Positions 8,371 through 16,271 of a stretch of DNA of 44,783 nt are shown piece by piece. Source of the DNA: Nitrospira sp. (lineage in GTDB: Bacteria > UBA9089 > CG2-30-40-21 > SBAY01). The notes beneath the pieces were generated by a model. The model saw only the letters and a list, made by a program, of their open reading frames with translations, was not told the DNA's origin and made no database searches. The stretch spans positions 1-44,783 of the forward strand of contig SBAY01000363.1 in assembly GCA_005239945.1 (NCBI GenBank). The letters run 5' to 3'. The stretch's first letter is position 1. Each line of letters opens with the position of its first letter. Both the position numbers and the translations under genes were made by a program.

Positions 8371-9921
8371 ATGATAGCGATATTAGATTTTGGCTCACAA
8401 TATACACAACTTATTGCCCGGAGGATACGCGAACAACAGGTCTATTGCCGGATATTACCTTATAACCCAACACTTGAGGAATTAAAGGAGGCAAAAGGCA
8501 TAATCCTTTCTGGAGGTCCAGCAAGTGTTTATGACCAGAATGCACCGCATGGGGATCCGAAAATCCTGCAATTGGGTATCCCGGTATTAGGTATTTGTTA
8601 TGGTATGCAGTGGTTAGCTCAAGCCTTAGGTGGCGAGGTTAAGAAGGCAGCGCAAAGAGAGTATGGTAAGGCAAAACTGCAAATCATCGATTCAAGCACA
8701 ATGAGGCAAGCTTCAACAAAGCAAGCTTCACTTTTGGCAGGAATTTCTGCAGAAACTCAAGTCTGGATGAGCCATGGCGATAAAGTAGAACGTCTGCCTG
8801 ATGGATTTGAGATTATTGGTAAAACCACCAACTCGCCTGCCTGTGCCATTGGAAATCATCAAAAAAATATCTATGGGGTTCAATTCCACCCAGAGGTAAT
8901 TCATACCACAGGCGGCACGCAAATAATTAAAAATTTTCTGTTTAAAATATGTAATCTGAAACCTACCTGGACGATGGAATCCTTCATTGACCACTCGATA
9001 AAGAAAATCAGGACTGAGGTAGGCAAAAAGAAGGTTATTTGTGCCTTGAGTGGTGGTGTGGACTCATCTACCGTCGCCGTTCTTATCCATAAGGCTATTG
9101 GCGACCAACTTACCTGCATATTTGTCAATAACGGTCTGTTAAGGAAAAATGAGCCGGAACGCGTCATTAAAACCTTTAGGGATTATTATCATATCAATTT
9201 GGATTATTGTGATGCTCAGGAAAGATTCCTTACAAAACTTAAAAATGTCTCCAGCCCTGAGTTGAAACGCAAAATCATTGGTCATGAATTTATCAAGGTA
9301 TTTGAGGATGAGGCGAAAAAAATCGGTAAGGTGGATTTTCTGGCACAGGGCACCCTTTATCCGGATGTAATTGAAAGCATATCTACCAAAGGTCCTTCGG
9401 CGGTAATTAAGACACATCACAATGTAGGTGGTCTGCCGGCGAAGATGAAATTGAAATTAATCGAGCCATTCAGGGAGTTATTTAAGGATGAGGTGCGAAT
9501 TTTAGCCAAAGAGTTAGGTCTGCCGGATGAAATTATCTGGCAACACCCTTTCCCAGGGCCAGGATTAGCTATTCGGATAATTGGTGCGGCAAGTCCCAAA
9601 AGGTTAGACATCCTTCGTGAGGCAGATTGGATAATCGATGAAGAAATAAAGAAGGCTGGATTATATCGGTCGCTCTGGCAGTGTTTTGGGGTGTTTTTAC
9701 CGGTTAAAACTGTGGGGGTAATGGGCGATGAGCGAACCTATGAGAATGTCATTGCCATCCGTGCCGTTACCTCTTCTGATGCCATGACCGCTGATTGGGC
9801 TCAATTACCGCACTCACTGTTAAGTAAAATCTCTAACCGTATCGTTAATGAGATTAAAGGCATAAACCGGGTTGTCTATGACATCACCTCTAAACCGCCG
9901 GGAACGATTGAGTGGGAATAG
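8371..9921 (+). CDS. guaA: GMP synthase (glutamine-hydrolysing)
   Basis: 516 aa. N-terminus [18 protein letters not shown], the GATase CYGMQ active site, the ATP-PPase SGGVDSS motif, and the C-terminus KPPGTIEWE. Confidence 0.97.
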   Translation: MIAILDFGSQYTQLIARRIREQQVYCRILPYNPTLEELKEAKGIILSGGPASVYDQNAPHGDPKILQLGIPVLGICYGMQWLAQALGGEVKKAAQREYGKAKLQIIDSSTMRQASTKQASLLAGISAETQVWMSHGDKVERLPDGFEIIGKTTNSPACAIGNHQKNIYGVQFHPEVIHTTGGTQIIKNFLFKICNLKPTWTMESFIDHSIKKIRTEVGKKKVICALSGGVDSSTVAVLIHKAIGDQLTCIFVNNGLLRKNEPERVIKTFRDYYHINLDYCDAQERFLTKLKNVSSPELKRKIIGHEFIKVFEDEAKKIGKVDFLAQGTLYPDVIESISTKGPSAVIKTHHNVGGLPAKMKLKLIEPFRELFKDEVRILAKELGLPDEIIWQHPFPGPGLAIRIIGAASPKRLDILREADWIIDEEIKKAGLYRSLWQCFGVFLPVKTVGVMGDERTYENVIAIRAVTSSDAMTADWAQLPHSLLSKISNRIVNEIKGINRVVYDITSKPPGTIEWE

Positions 9922-9983
9922 GGAGAAAGTAGTAACTTCCTATTGACTATTCCCTATTGCCTATTCCCTTACTAAAAAAATAC

Positions 9984-10012
9984 TTGCTTTTTTACCTCAG
10001 TTGTGGTATGAT
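9984..10012 (+). promoter_or_regulatory. sigma70-like promoter TTGCTT-17-TATGAT
   Basis: TTGCTT 9984-9989, 17-bp spacer, TATGAT 10007-10012. Followed by AAGGAG and ATG 10047. Confidence 0.5.
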
Positions 10013-10046
10013 AAGAAAGGATTGATTATAGAAAAGGAGAATAGAT

Positions 10047-10826
10047 ATGGTTTCAACAGTAGAGATAAGAAAAAGATTGGAAGATGTATTTGAAGTGAGG
10101 CAAGCAATAGTACTTGCAGATGTAATCGCAACCTCCTATAATGAGCTTGTAAAAACGAGTGATTTCAATGAACTCAAGGGAATAGTGAAAGAGATTGCCT
10201 GGGAAATAAAGGATCTCACCCAGGCACAGAAAAGAACTGAAATTAAGGTAGAAGAACTTGGCGAGGCTCAAAAAAGAACTGAAATTAAAGTAGAAGAACT
10301 TGGCGAGGCTCAGAAAGAAAGCCAAAAAGAGATAAGCAGACTTGATAAAACTATGCAAAAACTTGCTGAGGCTCAGAAAGAAACTCAAATCGAGATACAG
10401 TCGCTTACCAGAGGATTGAAAGAGACAAGGGGAGAAGTCGGTGGATTATCCAGAAGTGTAAGTTATGCCTTTGAAAATGAAGCCTACAGGATGTTACCCA
10501 AAATATTGAAGGAAACTTATGGAATTGAGATGAAGGAAAAGTTTATCAGAACTGAGATTGCTGGCAAAGAGATAAATATATTGGGTAGGGCAAAAATGAA
10601 TGGTAAAAATGTAGTCGTCATAGGAGAGGCAAAATTAAGACTTGAGGATAGACGAAAAAAAGAAGATCAAGATGTATTTAATGAGTTGGAGGAAAAAGTC
10701 CAGGCAGTAAAAAAGAATTATAAAGAAGAGCCAATTAGGGTGTTGATAACCCACTATGCTACAAAAAGCTTTATGAAAAAGGCAAAGGATAAAGAAATAT
10801 TAGTCATTCAAAGTTTTGAATGGTAA
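10047..10826 (+). CDS. coiled-coil (DUF3782-like AQKRTE repeats) protein with a C-terminal PD-(D/E)XK-like nuclease-fold domain
   Basis: The N-half has repeated LxEAQK(R/E)TE heptad-like segments. The C-half EINILGRAKMNGKNVVVIGEAKLRL contains an E-x-K motif after beta-strand-like segments. From memory it resembles proteins often mis-annotated as chordopoxvirus fusion protein. Function unknown. Confidence 0.5.
   Translation: MVSTVEIRKRLEDVFEVRQAIVLADVIATSYNELVKTSDFNELKGIVKEIAWEIKDLTQAQKRTEIKVEELGEAQKRTEIKVEELGEAQKESQKEISRLDKTMQKLAEAQKETQIEIQSLTRGLKETRGEVGGLSRSVSYAFENEAYRMLPKILKETYGIEMKEKFIRTEIAGKEINILGRAKMNGKNVVVIGEAKLRLEDRRKKEDQDVFNELEEKVQAVKKNYKEEPIRVLITHYATKSFMKKAKDKEILVIQSFEW
10224..10307 (+). 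repeat. 42-bp in-frame tandem duplication (AQKRTEIKVEELGE x2)
   Basis: Units at 10224-10265 and 10266-10307 differ at 3 nt. Degenerate further copies (gctcagaaagaaa) follow at about 10308 and 10366. Confidence 0.85.
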
Positions 10827-10860
10827 AAAACTTAATAAAAACAAAGGGAGGGAAAAGTAT

Positions 10861-11307
10861 ATGGAAAATCTTAAACCAATCAATATTTTGTTAGTTGAGG
10901 ATAATGAAGACGATATCCTCATTATCCAGCGGGCATTTAAGAAGGTAAAATTGATAAATGAACTCTATATTGTTCGTAATGGCCAGGATGGCCTGGATTT
11001 TGTTTTCCATGAGGGAATCTATGCACAAAACAAACCACCTACACCAGGACTTATCCTTTTAGATATTAATATGCCCAAGTTAAATGGCTTTCAGGTCTTA
11101 GAAAGAATTAAGGCACATCCTGTCTATAAGGTTATTCCTGTTATTATGCTCACTGTATCAGACAGGGATAAGGATATTGTTAGAAGTTATCAAACTGGTG
11201 CTGTTTCATATATTACTAAACCAATGAATTTTGAGGATTTTGTCACGGTCATTGAACAGTTTGAAATCTATTGGTCATTGGTCTCGAAAATACCGGAGGT
11301 GAAATAA
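10861..11307 (+). CDS. single-domain response regulator (CheY-like receiver)
   Basis: Trimmed to ATG 10861 after AGGGAGGGAAAAG. ILLVEDNEDD, LILLDINMPKLNG and a conserved T/K pattern (LTVS...KP). Confidence 0.85.
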   Translation: MENLKPINILLVEDNEDDILIIQRAFKKVKLINELYIVRNGQDGLDFVFHEGIYAQNKPPTPGLILLDINMPKLNGFQVLERIKAHPVYKVIPVIMLTVSDRDKDIVRSYQTGAVSYITKPMNFEDFVTVIEQFEIYWSLVSKIPEVK

Positions 11308-11334
11308 AGATAGTAAAACAGGCATCTTGCCTAT

Positions 11335-11495
11335 GAGGTAAGATATGCCACAAAATCACTAAGACACAAAGAATTAGCATTGAGCAAAGAGCACGGAGCA
11401 GGGAAATTCTTTTTTCTCCAGGCTCTATGCTCCAGGTTCAAAGCTCTCTCTTTGTGCCTTTGTGGCTAAAGAAATGTGTGTAAAGGAGGAAAAAA
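11335..11495 (+). repeat. structured ~140-170 bp repeat, copy 1 (5' of the porin-like gene)
   Basis: gatatgccacaaaatcac..agacacaaagaattagcattgagcaaagagcacggagcagggaaattcttttttctccaggctctatgctccaggttcaaagctc..ctttgtgcctttgtggctaaa. Terminal inverted repeats are GCCACAAA...TTTGTGGC. The tail atgtgtgtaaaggaggaaaaaa carries the SD and is shared with copy 3. Confidence 0.85.
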
Positions 11496-12656
11496 ATGTG
11501 TAAAAAAGGTTTAGTTTGTTTTCTGGGGTTGATTTTGGGTTTGCTAACTTCAGCATCAGTAACCGCTCAAGAAGAAGGGTTGGAATATGGATTCAAATCG
11601 GCTCTGCCAGAGATGCATGTGTTCATTACCAATCAATTTTATAACTATGGAAAGGCTGAATTTGGGAGGTATGCCAATGAAGGTGATAGCAAACTTGCAG
11701 GACACAGTGTCTTTATCCCTATGAGTGGCTATATCGACATTAGCTCTCAGCTTAACCCGGACATAAAGGCAGAGGCAGAATTCGAGCTTTACAGGGCTGA
11801 AAGTGTCAAGATTTGTAAATTACGCGGTGTCTGGTCACCAAAGGAGTGGTTTAACCTTTCTATGGGCAGGGATTTTGTGCCCATAGGAACACAGGATAAA
11901 AGCTATTATCCACCTTCTCGATTCAGGATGTTCACCGTGGCCCCTTACCTCTACCGAAATGTAATGCGTTCCTCTGGTTGGTGGGACACAGGGGTATTCA
12001 TTTCCGGCAAAAAACAACTTACAAAACAGGTAACCCTACTTTATAACATTTCTGCGACCAATGGACCCGGGGATTCACATCAAAGCTTTAATCTTGAAGA
12101 TAAGATGGGAATAGGAACTATCACGACAAATTATATGTATGAGCATTTCCATTCAGATGCCCGTCAGTATCTGGATAATAACGGTGATAAACCTATCTGT
12201 GTCAGGTTAGCCCTTTCTCCTAAGGAAGGTCTTGAGTTTGGCGGTTCTCACTTTAAGGCAAAATATGACAAGGAGGAGAAATACGGCTGTGATTACACCT
12301 TTTACCATTTATTATACGGCTCAGACAAATGGGATGTGGCCTGTGAGTATGGTAGGATAGGAATAGACACCAAAAATAACGGAAAGATTCATCAATCATC
12401 GGCCTACATTGCCACCAGTTACAAAATACTGCAAGAAAAATATGTCCATTTCCTTGCCCCGGTAATTAGATATGAAATTATTGACCCCTGGGAAGAAGAT
12501 ACAACGGATAAAGCTGACCGCAAATCCATAAGTATCGGGGTTAATATCTCCCCTGTCGAACATTTCTTAATTAGAGCCGCATATCAACGGACTAAAGAAA
12601 AGGGTCCTGAACTTAAAAATAATGGGGTAAGCGTAGAGACGGTATTTGATTTTTAG
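11496..12656 (+). CDS. outer-membrane beta-barrel porin-like protein
   Basis: Signal peptide ending SVTAQE, an alternating-polarity Tyr/Gly-rich sequence, and a C-terminal ..VETVFDF ending in Phe, as in OMP barrels. Family not identified. Confidence 0.5.
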   Translation: MCKKGLVCFLGLILGLLTSASVTAQEEGLEYGFKSALPEMHVFITNQFYNYGKAEFGRYANEGDSKLAGHSVFIPMSGYIDISSQLNPDIKAEAEFELYRAESVKICKLRGVWSPKEWFNLSMGRDFVPIGTQDKSYYPPSRFRMFTVAPYLYRNVMRSSGWWDTGVFISGKKQLTKQVTLLYNISATNGPGDSHQSFNLEDKMGIGTITTNYMYEHFHSDARQYLDNNGDKPICVRLALSPKEGLEFGGSHFKAKYDKEEKYGCDYTFYHLLYGSDKWDVACEYGRIGIDTKNNGKIHQSSAYIATSYKILQEKYVHFLAPVIRYEIIDPWEEDTTDKADRKSISIGVNISPVEHFLIRAAYQRTKEKGPELKNNGVSVETVFDF

Positions 12657-12665
12657 GGAGAATGT

Positions 12666-12905
12666 ATGGCACAGATAGAAATTCTGGAAGAAATCAAGAA
12701 ATTGCCGACAATAGAACGGTTAACAATCATTGAATCTGCCTTGCATTTGGTTTATGAAGATATTCAAGAAGTGAAGCATCCGATTGACCGCACCTCAAAA
12801 AAACGGCAGATGGCCACGGCAGCTAAAGTTTTATTGCCAGATTATGCAAGTAGTGGTGAACTGACCGCTTTTACATCCCTGGATAGTGAGAGGTTTTATG
12901 CGTAG
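12666..12905 (+). CDS. putative antitoxin (addiction-module component, short helical N-domain)
   Basis: 79 aa. ILEEIKKLPTIERLTIIESAL resembles the N-terminus of TIGR02574/DUF2281-like antitoxins. Its stop overlaps the start of the mazF-like gene (ATGCGTAG). Confidence 0.5.
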   Translation: MAQIEILEEIKKLPTIERLTIIESALHLVYEDIQEVKHPIDRTSKKRQMATAAKVLLPDYASSGELTAFTSLDSERFYA

Positions 12906-13242
12906 AGGTGAAATCTGGCTCATCAATTTGGACCCTGCGGTTGGTGCCGAGATTAAGAAAATCCGTCCATCGGTTGTTGTCAATGATGATGCTATTGGAA
13001 TTTTGCCACTGAAGGTAATCGTTCCTATTACCGAATGGAAAGACCATTATGCTATAGCCCCGTGGATGGTTTAGATAAAACCCGATGGAGAAAATGGTCT
13101 GGATAAACCTTCGGCAGCAGATACTTTTCAGGTGCGTTCAGTAGCACAAGAAAGACTTGTCAGACAAATAGGGAAACTTTCTGAGGCAACTATGCAAAAG
13201 ATCTCCAGGGCGCTGGCGGTTGTATTGAGTATTGAGTCATAA
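12898..13242 (+). pseudogene. mazF: MazF/PemK-family toxin interrupted by an in-frame TAG
   Basis: MRRGEIWLINLDPAVGAEIKKIRPSVVV...APWMV, then TAG at 13072-13074, then in the same frame IKPDGENGLDKPSAADTFQVRSVAQERLVRQIGKLSEATMQKISRAL. Together these form one full-length PemK-like sequence. Confidence 0.7.
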
Positions 13243-13280
13243 CTATATCTCTGATTTGCAGACAAGGGGAATTATCAATC

Positions 13281-13880
13281 ATGAAAAATATTTTTTCCGC
13301 TGTCCTAATCTTTACCTTATCGTGTATATTTGCTGTCTCCTGCTCGAGAGCAGAAGTGTATCAATCCGAATTAAAAATTGCTCCGGTTAAGGTCTATGAA
13401 TCAATCTTAGAGAATTTCAAGAATAAAAGGTATGTAGAGGTTGAACGAGCTATCCCTTATGTCCAACCGGTTATGGATACCATCAAGGCAAAATTTGATG
13501 TTGACCTCCAACCAGAAATTCAATCTACCCTAAAGGCAAAAAGTAATAATTTTTACACCGCCATCGAAAAACTAATCTTCTATGATATCCAGATTATATT
13601 CATTTCAATGATTGAACAAAAAGAAGGTCAATCATCGCAAGAATTGAAACCCTGGCTTAAGATGGCTTATGCAAACTACCTCTTACTTTCTCCCACTATA
13701 CTAAAAAACAAAGAAAATTTTGCAGTTGATAGAGAAATCAAAAAAATGTTTCGTGAGGCATATAGTTACTTAGGAAGTGAATCACCTTACGGGGGAAAAA
13801 TACCCCCAAATTTAAAGTTGTTTAAAAAACGCTCGGATAAAATTATAGAAAATATGGTCAAGGTTTTCCCGGAATTTTAA
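13281..13880 (+). CDS. hypothetical lipoprotein / secreted helical protein
   Basis: Signal peptide with a LSC/VSC lipobox-like site and no recognisable motif. It lies directly upstream of a sensor kinase. Confidence 0.45.
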   Translation: MKNIFSAVLIFTLSCIFAVSCSRAEVYQSELKIAPVKVYESILENFKNKRYVEVERAIPYVQPVMDTIKAKFDVDLQPEIQSTLKAKSNNFYTAIEKLIFYDIQIIFISMIEQKEGQSSQELKPWLKMAYANYLLLSPTILKNKENFAVDREIKKMFREAYSYLGSESPYGGKIPPNLKLFKKRSDKIIENMVKVFPEF

Positions 13881-13936
13881 GAAAATTATCACCACAGAGT
13901 AATGCCTCAGTTAAAGAGTGGAGGTATGTATTTAGC

Positions 13937-13976
13937 GGGGATTCGGGAAGAAGAGGACTTACTTATTCCCGAACCC
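13937..13976. repeat. GGGGATTCGGGAA / TTCCCGAACCC hairpin
   Basis: ggggattcgggaa gaagaggacttactta ttcccgaaccc. Same word family as 2260-2346 and 5384-5442. Confidence 0.65.
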
Positions 13977-13995
13977 TGAAAAGGAAACCAAAATA

Positions 13996-16242
13996 ATGAA
14001 AAGAGTAAGCATAAAGACCAAATTAATATTTTTTAGCAGTGTTTTGATGGCGGCGGTGGCGATTGTCTTGAGTTGGTATTTTCTAACCAGTGCCTCAAAT
14101 TTACTGCATAATGAATTGGAGAAAAAAGGGATAGAGGTTGTCCGCAATCTGAGCTATACCGCCAGAGAGGGAATCCTGACCAAAAACCTTTTTAAAGAAC
14201 TTAACCCATTGATTGAGGCAACGATGTGTGACCGGGATATTGTCTATGTAGCCGTAGTGGATAGAGAGGGTATGGTGTTGGTTCATAGCAAACCAGAAGA
14301 AACAGGGAAAATCTATAAAGACGAATTAACTAAAAGAGCCTTTTTATCCCAAAAACCTGCTTGTTTAAAGGAGGCACAAGGAATTATTACTATTGGTGCC
14401 GTTGTTGAAATTGGGGAAAAAGGAACAACACCCCTTGAGATGACACAAGAGATGGAGCAGGAAGAGAAAGGCCCCATCGGTGTCATTCTTATTGGGATTT
14501 CCTTAAAAAACCTTTATCTCAAGATGAATAATATCTTAAAGATTAGCCTGCCAATAACCATAGGGTTGATAATAATTGGGATTATTTTTGCCTTTTTGTT
14601 TTCTAAAAGAATAATAAAGCCGATTATATCTATAGCCGAGACCTCTCATGCCATTAGTAATGGTGATTTAACAAAACGCGTTGAGGTCAAAACTCACGAT
14701 GAGATTGGGGAATTAGCTGCTTCTTTTAACCAGATGACCGAGAATTTGAGAGATACCCTGGATAAGCTGGAAAAGAGCAAAAGAGAGATAGAAGAGGAAT
14801 CCCTGGAATTGGCTATTGGATTGTCAGAACATTTCGAGGTGCTGAGAAAGGTTGCTTCAGGGGATTTGAATGTTAATGCCCCTCTGACTTCAAAAAATGA
14901 GTTGTTGGTTAAGCTGGGAGAAGTAATTAATCATACCATAGCAAATCTGAAAATATTCGCTGATGAGGTAACGGTGAAAAAAGAGTTGGATCAAATATTT
15001 AATCTGACAGCCTCTGCCATCAGGGTAATTGATACGGATTTTAATGTTATAAAAGCCAATGAAAGGATTGCTCGGCTTATTGGTTCAAATAATGAGAGTC
15101 TTAGCGGGGTAAAATGTTATGACCAATTTAAAACGGATTTCTGTCATACTGAACAATGTCCACTGAAAAGGATATTAGCAGGGGAGGAAATAATAGAAGG
15201 TGAAATAGAACATGTGATGCTGTCAGGAGAAAAAATCCATTGCTTATTTAAAGCTGTGCCTTTTTGTAATCAGGAAGGAAAGATAATCGGGATGTTTGAA
15301 GATATTCGAGATATAACGGAATTAAAAAATCTGCAGAGAGAAATTCAGAATACTTCGATGGAGATGACTCGAGCACTTTCTCAACACTTTGAAGTATTGA
15401 ATAAAATTAGCCATGGAGATATAAGTGAACAAGCGATAGAAGATTCTAAAATTGAATTAATTGCTGAACTTGGACAGGTGATTAATCGGACAGGCAGATT
15501 GATTACTGCCAGAATCCAGGAGCTTGAAGCCGTTAATAAAGAGCTTGATGCCTTCACCTACTCTGCCTCACATGACTTGAAAGAGCCTTTAAGAGGGATA
15601 CAGTCCTTCAGTCAATTCATTTTAGAGGATTATGCGGATAAATTAGACGACACGGGAAAGGATTATCTCAGGAGGCTATCCGCCTCGGCTAACCGAATGA
15701 AATCCTTAATCGATGATTTACTTGCCCTGTCTAGAATTTCACGGATAAAAAATCCTTATGCCTCCGTAGATACAAATAAACTTGTTAAGGAGATTTTAAA
15801 GCAATTAAAACCAATAATCGAAGAAAAAAATGCAAAGGTCGAAATAGATGACGAGCTTCCATTTATCTATTGTGATGAGGTTAAAATAAAACAGGTTTTT
15901 TATAATCTTATCTCCAATGCTATTAAATATAATGTTCAAAAGCCGCCTAAGATTGAAATAGGAATTGAGGAGCAAGTAGTAGCTGGAAGAACTCAATCAG
16001 TCTTTTTTGTCAAGGATAATGGCATCGGTATTGAGGAAAAATATTTTGAGGAGATATTTGGGATATTTAAACGGCTGCATCAGAATAATGAGTATGAGGG
16101 AGGAACAGGGATAGGATTGGCTATTGTCAAGCGGGTTATAACCGACCATGGGGGAAAGGTCTGGGTCCAAAGCCCCCCTGGTGAAGGAAGCACCTTTTAT
16201 TTTAGCCTGCCGGGGAAGGAAGAGGTAACCGGTAATCGGTAA
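13996..16242 (+). CDS. sensor histidine kinase (periplasmic domain-TM-HAMP-PAS-HisKA-HATPase)
   Basis: Two TM segments flank a domain of about 150 aa. HAMP (ISNGDLTKRVEV..DEIGELAASFNQM), a PAS with a Cys-rich CYDQFKTDFCHTEQCP segment, the H-box FTYSASHDLKEPLR, and N/G boxes (NAIKY, DNGIGI, GGTGIGLA). The last codons (..EEVTGNR) lie in a GGTAACCGGTAATCGGTAA word. Confidence 0.88.
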   Translation: MKRVSIKTKLIFFSSVLMAAVAIVLSWYFLTSASNLLHNELEKKGIEVVRNLSYTAREGILTKNLFKELNPLIEATMCDRDIVYVAVVDREGMVLVHSKPEETGKIYKDELTKRAFLSQKPACLKEAQGIITIGAVVEIGEKGTTPLEMTQEMEQEEKGPIGVILIGISLKNLYLKMNNILKISLPITIGLIIIGIIFAFLFSKRIIKPIISIAETSHAISNGDLTKRVEVKTHDEIGELAASFNQMTENLRDTLDKLEKSKREIEEESLELAIGLSEHFEVLRKVASGDLNVNAPLTSKNELLVKLGEVINHTIANLKIFADEVTVKKELDQIFNLTASAIRVIDTDFNVIKANERIARLIGSNNESLSGVKCYDQFKTDFCHTEQCPLKRILAGEEIIEGEIEHVMLSGEKIHCLFKAVPFCNQEGKIIGMFEDIRDITELKNLQREIQNTSMEMTRALSQHFEVLNKISHGDISEQAIEDSKIELIAELGQVINRTGRLITARIQELEAVNKELDAFTYSASHDLKEPLRGIQSFSQFILEDYADKLDDTGKDYLRRLSASANRMKSLIDDLLALSRISRIKNPYASVDTNKLVKEILKQLKPIIEEKNAKVEIDDELPFIYCDEVKIKQVFYNLISNAIKYNVQKPPKIEIGIEEQVVAGRTQSVFFVKDNGIGIEEKYFEEIFGIFKRLHQNNEYEGGTGIGLAIVKRVITDHGGKVWVQSPPGEGSTFYFSLPGKEEVTGNR

Positions 16243-16271
16243 AGAGTTACCATTTCATAAGGAGTACAACT

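Noticed and set aside
13072-13074. The in-frame TAG in the mazF-like gene could be evidence for amber reassignment (Pyl or an alternative genetic code).
   Set aside because: TAG terminates several well-defined genes in the window at their expected ends (hicA, hydro-lyase alpha, def, gatB, the DUF2723 protein). No pyl genes were seen. A pseudogene or a sequence variant is more parsimonious.
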